From a virus (taxonomy: Duplodnaviria; Caudoviricetes), in IMG/VR virus record IMGVR_UViG_3300033067_000427, positions 1-41,945 of that record: 41,945 bases of DNA; one strand, written 5' to 3'. Each line of letters begins with the position of its first letter. The stretch's first letter is position 1. Positions 25,965-34,715 of the stretch are shown here, in pieces. The notes beneath the pieces were generated by a model, which was given only the letters and a program-made list of their open reading frames with translations, ran no database searches and was not told where the DNA came from. The position numbers and the translations under genes were made by a program.

Positions 25965-26013
25965 TATTCCCAGATGACAGTAGTTCCTGTTGTAAACGTG
26001 GGGGTAAGAAGAA

Positions 26014-26247
26014 ATGTCAGAAGTAGTAGTAGCCTTTGTAAAGTATAAGGAAATGCGCGGTAAGATTGACGCACTGACCGACGAGCAACTGTTCCAAATG
26101 CGGTTGCTGTTATTAGAAAATGAGAACATAGACCTCAAGTCACCTGAATGGGGCACATGGATAGATACGAACCGAGTAGAACAAGAGCCAGTCAGGCCGG
26201 GTGCAGAGATCTTTAACATTAAAAACTATGTGAGGAAGGTAAAATGA
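26014..26247 (+). CDS. Hypothetical protein
   Basis: 77 aa; first ORF after the 25936 promoter. Confidence 0.55.
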   Translation: MSEVVVAFVKYKEMRGKIDALTDEQLFQMRLLLLENENIDLKSPEWGTWIDTNRVEQEPVRPGAEIFNIKNYVRKVK

Positions 26248-27017
26248 TCAGCGAAAACACATTAGCGTACTTGCGACATAAACTGGCTGTAGTGGTGTTT
26301 GGTGTAGCGATACCTGTGGTCTTATTCTTTAACGCATACCCAGGTGGTGTGCATGAAATGGTGGAGAGGGTTAAGTTCAGCTATCGGATGGGCGGGATAC
26401 ACAAGACCGTGAGAGTTGTGTTGCACGAAGAATTCGGTGGATTACAAACAGATGATTATGTCAATGCTGTTCGTACCATTGAAAATGCCCCAGCTGATAC
26501 ACGGGTATTGGTGGTAGTGAAGGAGAACTTTGGTGGTGATGTATCACTGTTGTTACCAATCATGGAAGCTGCTCAAAAGAGTACAGCTGTGGTAGTTTTA
26601 ACAGTGCAACGCTTCGGATTCAGCTGTGGTGGAGATATCATTCTGAGTGGTGACTATGCTATCATCCCAAACGACAGCTTGTTAATGTACCACACTGGCC
26701 AATTTAATGGTACCACAGTAAAAGAGCCAACTCTGTTTACACCTGCGTACATGAAGTGGGCATATCAAGTAGTTAACTTATTGACGTCTCCATATAAAGC
26801 TTGGATGACCAGTGAGGAACGTGAAAAGTTCAAGACTGGTGCATCAATCTGGATTACGGGTGGTGAGCTGTGCAGTAAGCGTGATGGTAGAGATGTAGAT
26901 GTATTGTTCCAATATGACGGCGGTTGCGTCATTAAAGGTAACAAGCCAGGGTACTTAGAGGTCTTAGAGCGAGTTGAGGCTATGATCAACGCAGAAGTTG
27001 CTTCAAAACATAACTAG
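26244..27017 (+). CDS. Membrane-anchored ClpP/crotonase-fold serine peptidase
   Basis: N-terminal TM; NFGGDV oxyanion loop, GFSCGGDIILSGD (catalytic Ser) and SLLMYH (His). Confidence 0.7.
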   Translation: MISENTLAYLRHKLAVVVFGVAIPVVLFFNAYPGGVHEMVERVKFSYRMGGIHKTVRVVLHEEFGGLQTDDYVNAVRTIENAPADTRVLVVVKENFGGDVSLLLPIMEAAQKSTAVVVLTVQRFGFSCGGDIILSGDYAIIPNDSLLMYHTGQFNGTTVKEPTLFTPAYMKWAYQVVNLLTSPYKAWMTSEEREKFKTGASIWITGGELCSKRDGRDVDVLFQYDGGCVIKGNKPGYLEVLERVEAMINAEVASKHN

Positions 27018-27030
27018 GGGAGTATTAGCT

Positions 27031-27420
27031 ATGAGTAAAGTTCCTAAAGACGAGATCGAATTTATGTCACTTGATGACAAGATCGAGTGGGCTGAATGGA
27101 AAGTGAAAATGGAGCAGGATAATCTGGATGAGTTGCGCAGGGAAAAGTCTGCTGCATTTCGCCAAGTCAGTCTGGCCCAGGCAGAGCTCAGTGGTGTGGA
27201 AATGGAACAATTTCGACTGGGAGCCGCGGAGTCCCAGGCTAGGAGAGAGCTAGATGATGCGTTAGCTCGATTGGATAAACTAACCGAAGAGGAGGCTTTA
27301 TTTTCATCAAGACAACGACATCAACAGCGAGTGTTGGACGAGGTATTCCACACTAGCGGCGTCACCAGTACCCCCGATTCCGGGCCAGAGTTACAGGGGT
27401 ATGATGATAAGCACGGCTAA
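27031..27420 (+). CDS. Coiled-coil hypothetical protein
   Basis: Likely start MSKVP after a GGGGAG SD; heptad-rich. Confidence 0.55.
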   Translation: MSKVPKDEIEFMSLDDKIEWAEWKVKMEQDNLDELRREKSAAFRQVSLAQAELSGVEMEQFRLGAAESQARRELDDALARLDKLTEEEALFSSRQRHQQRVLDEVFHTSGVTSTPDSGPELQGYDDKHG

Positions 27421-27527
27421 CCTTGGGAGGTGATCCAGTCACTCTAGCGCTTACCCCGTAGGCCAGGCGAAAGGCTCATAGTCTGGGAAGATCCCGACGG
27501 GGAGTGGCGCGATTAAGGAGAGTATGT

Positions 27528-27950
27528 ATGGAAGTATATGATTTTTTAGAGTATAGATTAGAAATTGGTGAGGATATAGTATTACGTCGACTGGTAGGTA
27601 AGTACCCGATGTCGGAAGTAGCGCAGGTAGAAGTGGGGGGATATTCGATGGTGCATGTTGCTGGAAAACTGAGAACTCTTCATGGGCTGGTAGCGGAGCT
27701 AGCCCTAGGGCCACGCCCAGAGGGACATGTGATTAACCATATTGATGGGCATAAAGGCAACAATCATCCAAGTAATCTCGAATACGTGACCATGGCTAGA
27801 AACATGGAACATGCGCATGAGTTAGGCCTAAGCGCTGTCGGCTGTACTGGTGAGGGCAACTTAAACTACCGACATGGGCAAAGTGCTACTCAGGCATATA
27901 AGAATGCGGTAAATAGAAAGTGGCGTGCTAGCCGTAAGCACAAAGAGTAG
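27528..27950 (+). CDS. HNH homing endonuclease (HNH_3 type)
   Basis: LH.LVA..LGPRPEGHVINHIDG.K.NN..SNLEYVT..N..HA; start MEVYDF after an AAGGAG SD. Confidence 0.88.
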   Translation: MEVYDFLEYRLEIGEDIVLRRLVGKYPMSEVAQVEVGGYSMVHVAGKLRTLHGLVAELALGPRPEGHVINHIDGHKGNNHPSNLEYVTMARNMEHAHELGLSAVGCTGEGNLNYRHGQSATQAYKNAVNRKWRASRKHKE

Positions 27951-27953
27951 GTG

Positions 27954-28015
27954 AAGGGCTGGGGGTAGTAGGTGATGGCTCCACTCTACTACGGATTTGT
28001 CCCCAGCCTTTTGTT
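27954..28015 (+). terminator. Long stem-loop with U tail (terminator)
   Basis: AAGGGCTGGGG...CCCCAGCCTT followed by TTGTT; inner GTAGTAG/CTACTAC. Confidence 0.65.
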
Positions 28016-28219
28016 GATTAACTAATTTAAGGGGGAATGTAGGATGCAAGAGAAACGAGAGTATGTAAGACCGGAGCTGTATTCGATTGGGTATAACCCA
28101 GTCACACAGCAGTTCGACAAGTTCAGTAGTTACGACTACATTGAAAAAGCACCGTACGATGGGGTGTGGACTGAGACTAGGGGGAAGACTAAGACATACT
28201 GGCAGTGGGAGGATTAATT

Positions 28220-28501
28220 ATGAGTATTAAAGATCAAATATCAGCAAATGTCCTAGTAGCGTCAGTACTGAGGGTGCATGCTAACGCCCATGCGGAGACT
28301 GCTATGAAGGGTTATAGTGGTGCAGAGTATATACGCTTGACGGCAGAAATCTATAATGAGCTTCTGGGAGAGAGGCTAGAGACGCTGGCCGCTTTGGCTA
28401 CTAAACTGAGAACGGAGGATGAGGAAGAATCATTAGCCTCTAAAGTTGCTAGACTTAGAGAGGCGGAAAGACGACGGTGCCGAGGGGGGGAGAGCCAATG
28501 A
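28220..28501 (+). CDS. Hypothetical protein
   Basis: GGAGG SD before MSIKDQ. Confidence 0.5.
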   Translation: MSIKDQISANVLVASVLRVHANAHAETAMKGYSGAEYIRLTAEIYNELLGERLETLAALATKLRTEDEEESLASKVARLREAERRRCRGGESQ

Positions 28502-28689
28502 AAGAAGCGATCAAAAGATCTGGCTGGGGTGTAGTGTTGTATCAATCAGGCAAAGGTAAGTTCATCATTCACTCGGATGCTATAGCATACCCGATACTGG
28601 CAGAAAGCCCTGAGTCGGCTAACGCCTGTTTCACAGCACAAGTTAACCTATTGAAGGCACTAAGTGAAAGCACACCTACCTTGCAATGA
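28498..28689 (+). CDS. Hypothetical protein
   Basis: ATGA overlap, MKEAIK start. Confidence 0.45.
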   Translation: MKEAIKRSGWGVVLYQSGKGKFIIHSDAIAYPILAESPESANACFTAQVNLLKALSESTPTLQ

Positions 28690-29434
28690 TTGTGGAAGTA
28701 AGGATGCGCTAGCAGACTACGACACACATACCTATTGTTTCTCCTGTCACAAGCGTAGGAAGAATGATAAGATGCGCCATGATCTGGCGCAGTATCTAGG
28801 GACGACCACAACAGTTCCATCGCAGGAGCTACCAGGGTTACCACGCTCGATGACGTATCAGTTTTCGCAGCGGGCTAAGAACTGGTTATTGCGGTACAAC
28901 TTATCAACAGATACGCTGGCTAAGTATAAGATAGGTCACGTGGACTGTGAGATAGTGAACCTGCCTGGTACAGGGATCAAGGTGCTATTAGAAGACCGGA
29001 TAATCTTGCCAGTGTTAGACGGGGCAGATCTCAAGTGCTATCAAGCAAGAGCGCTGGATCCCAAAGAGAGCGTGAAGTATTTGACGGTAGGACCTAAGAC
29101 CCCGTACTTCGTGGTTAAGGAAGGAAGTAAGGCTGTAGTACTGGTGGAGGACATCATAAGTGCCCTAAAAATCGCACAAGTACAGCAAGGTGTAGATGTG
29201 GTATCGCTGTTAGGTACGTCTATCACCGCTGAGTTTATGTTGACTTTGGTAAAAAGTTACCATACAATTGGAATATGGCTGGATCCAGACGGACCTGGTC
29301 TAAAGGCTGCAAATGTAATTAGGAAGAAACTAAAATTGTATGCGCAGAATGTAATAGTGTTAAAAAGTAAGGAAGATCCCAAATGTCTGTTTTCAGCCGA
29401 CATCAAGTCGATTCTTCAACCACTGTTGGAATAG
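28664..29434 (+). CDS. DNA primase (T7-like zinc-binding domain plus TOPRIM)
   Basis: HLPCNDCGSKDA...YCFSC zinc ribbon; VLVEDIISA, SLLGT, WLDPD..G and DPK TOPRIM motifs. Confidence 0.88.
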   Translation: MKAHLPCNDCGSKDALADYDTHTYCFSCHKRRKNDKMRHDLAQYLGTTTTVPSQELPGLPRSMTYQFSQRAKNWLLRYNLSTDTLAKYKIGHVDCEIVNLPGTGIKVLLEDRIILPVLDGADLKCYQARALDPKESVKYLTVGPKTPYFVVKEGSKAVVLVEDIISALKIAQVQQGVDVVSLLGTSITAEFMLTLVKSYHTIGIWLDPDGPGLKAANVIRKKLKLYAQNVIVLKSKEDPKCLFSADIKSILQPLLE

Positions 29435-29605
29435 TGGCAAAGAATGGAAAGATAGCAACCAAGACTATCGGTGAGTTGCGAGATTTGTTAGATAAGCATG
29501 GGTACTTGTACTCATGGAAACCGAATGAATTAGTAGTGTTTTTAGAAGGTACAAGCGTAGAGTTCGATATAGTTCGACTACACTGATCTGTTCTAGGGGG
29601 ATAGA

Positions 29606-30880
29606 ATGATTTCAGATTTAACTTTAATAAAGTTGTTTTTCTCTGGTATTGACGTATACCAGAATTACAGCCCCTTTATTCGCACGGAAGCATTGTCGCG
29701 TGAGGCACAGATGATTCTTAAGGATATTGGGGCTTTTTATGGTCAGTTCGCAGACCAGACAAAGATTGACCCGGATCGTTTCGTTACTTGGTTTAACCAG
29801 GTACAGCACCCTGAGCTCACAGAGACCCAGAGTCAGTTATACGCAGAGCTGTTTCGCCGTGTGTCAGAGCAGGAACTAGAACAGAGCGACGAGTACATAC
29901 AGGGCATTCTCACTCACTTTAAGACTGAGGACTTTAAGGCTCGGATCACCTCGTATCTAGAAAAGAAAGACTGGGATCCTGAGCACCTGAAAGAACTAGT
30001 GGAGCAATACCAGAAAGAAGTACAGATCGATGCGATGGGCGAGTTCGAAGAGAACAGCTTGGGAATGATGCTAGCCAAAGAGACACGACATGAGGGCCTA
30101 CAATGGCGCCTTAACTCACTGCGCAAGTCTATTGGTCCAATCATCGCGGGTGACTTCGGAGTAGTCGCAGCCTACGTTGAGACAGGTAAGAGCTCATGGT
30201 TAGCCAGCGAGGTAGCACACTTCGCACACCAGGTTACCGAGGGCGATGTACTGTGGTTCAATAATGAGCAGACGAATGACCGTGTCCAAAAGCGTATATG
30301 GTGTGCAGCCTTAGGTGTCAGCGAAGCTACCCTAGCCAGTGATCCAAATTTGTACACACAATTGTACACACAATATATGAATGGTGACATCAACCGAGTG
30401 AAGGTGTTCGATTGTTACGATATGAGTGTGAATGACATTCGCAAGAAGATGGATAAGTACAACCCCAAGCTGGTGGTGATTGACATGATCGACCACTTGA
30501 AGGGAGGTGGGGACGACAAGAACGCTGACTGGCGTCGCCTCCAAAAGCTGTACTACGAGACACGCCGACTAGCTAGGGTTTGCCCTGTACTTGGCGCATC
30601 ACAGTGTAACTCTTCTGTTACCTGGATGGACTACGAGACTCAGACAACTAAGTTTCAGCACTACATTAGTATGAAACAGTTAGCTGGGTCAGGGCAAGGG
30701 AAGCAAGAGGCAATGGACTTTATGATCACGATTGGGAAAGACGAGGCGTATCCTAAGACTAGGTATCTACACGTGTGTAAAAATAAATTACCGGGTGATG
30801 GTAATAGTCAGCATCGCTACATTAAATCAGAGTGTGTCTTTGACGAGCAGACCGCTAGATACACAGACGACGCACACTAG
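29606..30880 (+). CDS. Replicative SF4 (DnaB/T7 gp4-like) helicase
   Basis: Walker A AYVETGKS, WFNNE, Walker B VVIDMIDH, GASQ, D..I.IG and KNKL. Confidence 0.88.
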   Translation: MISDLTLIKLFFSGIDVYQNYSPFIRTEALSREAQMILKDIGAFYGQFADQTKIDPDRFVTWFNQVQHPELTETQSQLYAELFRRVSEQELEQSDEYIQGILTHFKTEDFKARITSYLEKKDWDPEHLKELVEQYQKEVQIDAMGEFEENSLGMMLAKETRHEGLQWRLNSLRKSIGPIIAGDFGVVAAYVETGKSSWLASEVAHFAHQVTEGDVLWFNNEQTNDRVQKRIWCAALGVSEATLASDPNLYTQLYTQYMNGDINRVKVFDCYDMSVNDIRKKMDKYNPKLVVIDMIDHLKGGGDDKNADWRRLQKLYYETRRLARVCPVLGASQCNSSVTWMDYETQTTKFQHYISMKQLAGSGQGKQEAMDFMITIGKDEAYPKTRYLHVCKNKLPGDGNSQHRYIKSECVFDEQTARYTDDAH

Positions 30881-30888
30881 GAGGAACT

Positions 30889-31488
30889 ATGGCAACACCA
30901 ACAGAAAATGAAACTGGCTTGAATGATGCACTGGAGAATGAGAGCTTCTCAATAAGCATCCGAAGGGATGAAATCATTGCGGTAGATATCACGTTATCCA
31001 CTGAGGTGAACCTGTCGTTCCAGTATGAGAAATTATTCGCGACTCTGCGATCCCTACCACAGAACTGCACGACAGTGAACTTGTTCTTGGCTAGCTTTGG
31101 CGGTTATATGCAGGGTCTAGTGCCACTGTTCAACGCCTTCAAGTATTGCCAGGTACCAGTAGATGTGTATGTCACTGGTGAGTGCTACAGCGCAGGGGCT
31201 ATGCTGGCATTGTCAGGGCGGTCTTTGACCATGATGCCTAACACTATGCTGATGTTCCATAATTCCAGCGGTGGTGAGTTCGGCAAGGGCAATGAACTGT
31301 ATGACGCAGTAATGCACGGCACCAAGCACACACGCGGTGTATTCAAGAACATGGTGACTCCGTTCCTGTCTAACGCGGAGCTAGAAGGGTTGATGCACGA
31401 CAAGGATACGTATATCCACTGGGACCAACCTGACTTGCAGAAGAGAATCAGACGACACTTTAACCCAAAGAAGGAGGTAAAGAAATGA
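30889..31488 (+). CDS. ClpP-like serine protease
   Basis: LASFGG, GECYSAGAMLALSG (Ser), MLMFH (His) and G.DTY-like Asp region. Confidence 0.82.
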   Translation: MATPTENETGLNDALENESFSISIRRDEIIAVDITLSTEVNLSFQYEKLFATLRSLPQNCTTVNLFLASFGGYMQGLVPLFNAFKYCQVPVDVYVTGECYSAGAMLALSGRSLTMMPNTMLMFHNSSGGEFGKGNELYDAVMHGTKHTRGVFKNMVTPFLSNAELEGLMHDKDTYIHWDQPDLQKRIRRHFNPKKEVKK

Positions 31489-31718
31489 GTAAGCTACTAG
31501 GTGATTTTAATCAGTTGTATTTTCTCTCATATAAATTATTGGATAGGCTCCGAGAGATTGATGATGAAGAGGGAGACCACGCTTTTGTGACCTCCAGTCA
31601 GCTCAAGGAATTGCGCAGTATGGGATGGCAGCTGGTGCATAAACTTCAAGATCTGAAGTCTGTTGAGTTTGAGAAAGAAGTTGCTAGACATGAAGGTATA
31701 GACCTGGGAGGTTCTTAG
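31485..31718 (+). CDS. Hypothetical protein
   Basis: AAGGAGG SD; ATGA overlap. Confidence 0.55.
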   Translation: MSKLLGDFNQLYFLSYKLLDRLREIDDEEGDHAFVTSSQLKELRSMGWQLVHKLQDLKSVEFEKEVARHEGIDLGGS

Positions 31719-31719
31719 C

Positions 31720-31902
31720 ATGACAGGCCTAGAAGAAGGTACATATATTATCGTGGCTATAGCAGGGCTTGTGTACCTTGCCCCCTTGATTTTCCTTTTT
31801 TTGACAGCTACTATGGGCATCTTGCTGGTAGTCTCAATGGCTATTGTGGACACCATAGAACATGCCATCAAGATTTTATTCAGGCCATTTAAGGGGAAGT
31901 AG
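31720..31902 (+). CDS. Small membrane protein
   Basis: Hydrophobic 60 aa; abuts the polymerase start. Confidence 0.5.
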   Translation: MTGLEEGTYIIVAIAGLVYLAPLIFLFLTATMGILLVVSMAIVDTIEHAIKILFRPFKGK

Positions 31903-34011
31903 ATGACCATAGCAGTAGTGTTTGACTTAGAGACTCAGACGGCAACGTCTTATAAGCGCAAGGCCAATAGCCTGGATAAGCGTAATAAGATCATTGTGTC
32001 TGCGTATCAAGTCATAGACATGACTACTGGAGAAACGCACCCTGTGAGGATTGAGTACAGTCGTACCGGTATCCCGCAGGTCAGCCTACCCTACGAGCAC
32101 ATGGATGTATTGGTGGGCCAGAACATCAAGTTCGACTTGCTGTACATATGGGATGATCCTCACTTTAGAGAGTGGCTACGCTGCGGTGGCAAGATCTTTG
32201 ATACCATGGTAGGGGAGTACCTACTCACTGCCCAAGCCCACACCTACGCCTCTCTAAATGAGCTGTCGTTAAAGTATGGTGGCTCCATCAAGGATGATAA
32301 GGTTAAAGAGTTTTGGGATGCTGGGATTGATACCGCTGATATAGATCCAGATATCCTCCTACCATACGCAGAGTATGATATCCTCAATACCACGAATGCC
32401 TATATAAGCCAAATGGGTGCGATTAGAAGCGAGAACATGAGACCCCTAGTAGAGGGGTATATGGACCACCTCTTAGCCCTCACTGAGATGGAATTTAACG
32501 GCTTATACTTCGATCTAGAAGAGGCCCAGAAGCTACGTACTGTGCTTGAGGAAGAGAGAGCGGGCTATCGTACCATCCTGCAGGGGATCACCGACACTAT
32601 TGCAGAGCGTTCAGGTGCCCCACAGTTCGAGCTTAACTTCGAATCCAAGGACCAGTTGAGTGCTATTATCTTCAGCACCCCCATAAAGATCATTACCCGC
32701 ACTATAGACGGAGTGTACGGCCCTAAGACCAAAAAGGCAGGCCAGCCCAAGGTTAAGCTGATCACTACTGAAACCCTGCTCAAAGGCTTTGACATCGACC
32801 CTAAGCTTAGCCGCCCCTGCGCTAAGAAGGGCCTGTACTCTACCGACGAGAAGTCGCTGGTGTCGATCCAAGAGGGTATCCCTGCCGACCACGAAGCCCA
32901 GCTGTTCGTAGCAACTCTCCTGAAGTACCGGACTGTTCAGAAGAAGATCGCGACTTACTTATATGGCCAATCCTCTACTGGTGCTGAGACTGGTATGATC
33001 CCTCTAGTCTATAAGACTGACGGTTGTATCCACCACACCCTAGACATGGTACAGACTAAGACCGGGCGGGTCAATGGGCGTAACCCCAACATGCAGAACG
33101 TACCTAGGGAACTTCGCCATCTGTTCAGCAGTCGCTATGGTAAAGATGGCTTGATTTTAGAATTTGACTATTCTTCGATGGAAATCGGTGTATCAGCGTA
33201 CCTGACTCAGTCAGAGCGCTTGATGGAAGACTTACGCAATGGTGTTGACTTTCACTTAAAGAGGGCAAGTTATGTGGCAGAGATCTCCTATGAACAGGCA
33301 GTGGCGAACTACGCACGAAATCCAGATGTATGGAAGGAAAAGAGAAGAGAGGCCAAAGCGATCTCATTTGCGAAGGCGTATGGCGCGCACCCTGAGAAGA
33401 TTTCTGAAGACACGGGTCTACCCCTTGCTGTCGTCGAGAAAGTGTTCAAAGCCGAAGACACCGAGTACCCCGAAATCGCAGAGTTCAATACCCAAGTGGA
33501 GGCTCAGGCTAAACTCAATCGCATCCCATCTCAGAAACTATTGCAGATACGTGACAAACAGACGCGGGCTTACTCGACAGTTCCAGGTGAACAGGAAGGA
33601 ATCGGTTACTATCGTAGTGCGACGGGGAAGAAATATCATTTTATCGAGAGGGGTAGCGACTCGGAGAAATTAAGGGCTTCGGGCAAGGGCATCTTCCGCT
33701 ACTTCAAATCAACAGAGGTGGCTAACTATCCCGTGCAGGGAACCGCTGCCGATATTATGGCATTCACCGTGTCAAAAGTATTCAGATACCTATTGACTTT
33801 GGATAGTCCAGACATTAAGATGATAAATGAAGTACATGACTCTTTGGTACTTGACGTTAAGGACCAGGCTACTGCCGACTTACATGGACCTAAGATTAAA
33901 GAGATCTTAGAGGGTGTAAAAGATGCAACAAAATCGATCGTGGGGCTTGACTTTAATGTTTTCATTCCTGTAGACTTTAAGTATGGGCAGGTATGGGGAG
34001 GGGGAGAATAG
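31903..34011 (+). CDS. DNA polymerase family A (3'-5' exonuclease plus polymerase)
   Basis: ExoI FDLET, ExoII QNIKFD, ExoIII YAEYD; TKTGR..GRNPNMQN; motif A DYSSME; motif B RREAKAISFAKAYG; NYPVQGTAAD; motif C VHDS. Confidence 0.93.
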   Translation: MTIAVVFDLETQTATSYKRKANSLDKRNKIIVSAYQVIDMTTGETHPVRIEYSRTGIPQVSLPYEHMDVLVGQNIKFDLLYIWDDPHFREWLRCGGKIFDTMVGEYLLTAQAHTYASLNELSLKYGGSIKDDKVKEFWDAGIDTADIDPDILLPYAEYDILNTTNAYISQMGAIRSENMRPLVEGYMDHLLALTEMEFNGLYFDLEEAQKLRTVLEEERAGYRTILQGITDTIAERSGAPQFELNFESKDQLSAIIFSTPIKIITRTIDGVYGPKTKKAGQPKVKLITTETLLKGFDIDPKLSRPCAKKGLYSTDEKSLVSIQEGIPADHEAQLFVATLLKYRTVQKKIATYLYGQSSTGAETGMIPLVYKTDGCIHHTLDMVQTKTGRVNGRNPNMQNVPRELRHLFSSRYGKDGLILEFDYSSMEIGVSAYLTQSERLMEDLRNGVDFHLKRASYVAEISYEQAVANYARNPDVWKEKRREAKAISFAKAYGAHPEKISEDTGLPLAVVEKVFKAEDTEYPEIAEFNTQVEAQAKLNRIPSQKLLQIRDKQTRAYSTVPGEQEGIGYYRSATGKKYHFIERGSDSEKLRASGKGIFRYFKSTEVANYPVQGTAADIMAFTVSKVFRYLLTLDSPDIKMINEVHDSLVLDVKDQATADLHGPKIKEILEGVKDATKSIVGLDFNVFIPVDFKYGQVWGGGE

Positions 34012-34715
34012 TGTCATACGTATATTTAGCGAGTCCGTATTCAGATCCTAGCGAAGCAGTTCGCTTAGATCGCGAACGCGTTATATCACGAATAGGGTTT
34101 AAACTAATCGCAGACGGCTGGAATGTGTTCTGCCCTATAACTATGTCACATCGTCTCCAAGATCTCCATGATACCGAGGCTCACTTTAGGGCTGACCGCC
34201 GAGAGATTACCCACGAAGAGTGGATGAGGGTTGACTACAGTATGCTGGAGCATGCTAGCAAACTGTTAGTCGCGAAGTTAGATGGATGGGATACTAGTCG
34301 CGGTGTGCTCTTAGAGATCGAGTATGCGCGCAAGCACGGTAAACCAATACTGTACTTAGATACTAAGGGGGAAGTAGTGAGCATCGAGCAAGTGCCTACA
34401 GTTGAGGCAGGTATTAAAGATTCGGTAGGGAAAGCTCCCCTATCATTGATTCCATATGAAGCACTAGAGGCCATTGCCCGAGTGCGTGAGTATGGGAATC
34501 AAAAATATAAAAGTCCATCTATATGGAGAGGGCATCCAGAAAAGCACGGAGAATTCGTAGAGGCGGCCATGCGTCACATCGCTAAGTACAACGATGCGAG
34601 GCTATATGGCTTAAGATCTACTAATGATGAGGAATCGGGAATAGATCACTTGGACCACGCAATCACATCACTGGCATTGGCTATAGCCTTAAGGGGAGAT
34701 ACAACGCATGAGTAA
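34011..34715 (+). CDS. Fusion of a DUF1937/nucleoside deoxyribosyltransferase-like domain and a DUF5664 dATP/dGTP diphosphohydrolase-like domain
   Basis: N-terminal YLASPYS..FCPI..SH..W...D..GWDTSRGV..EIEYA; C-terminal KD..GK..LSLIP..GNQKY..W..AAMRH..DEESG..HL.HA. Likely GTG start at 34011. Confidence 0.75.
   Translation: MSYVYLASPYSDPSEAVRLDRERVISRIGFKLIADGWNVFCPITMSHRLQDLHDTEAHFRADRREITHEEWMRVDYSMLEHASKLLVAKLDGWDTSRGVLLEIEYARKHGKPILYLDTKGEVVSIEQVPTVEAGIKDSVGKAPLSLIPYEALEAIARVREYGNQKYKSPSIWRGHPEKHGEFVEAAMRHIAKYNDARLYGLRSTNDEESGIDHLDHAITSLALAIALRGDTTHE

Noticed and set aside
31903-34715. Z-genome (2-aminoadenine) pathway call
   Set aside because: No purZ in the window; a DUF5664-like domain alone is insufficient.
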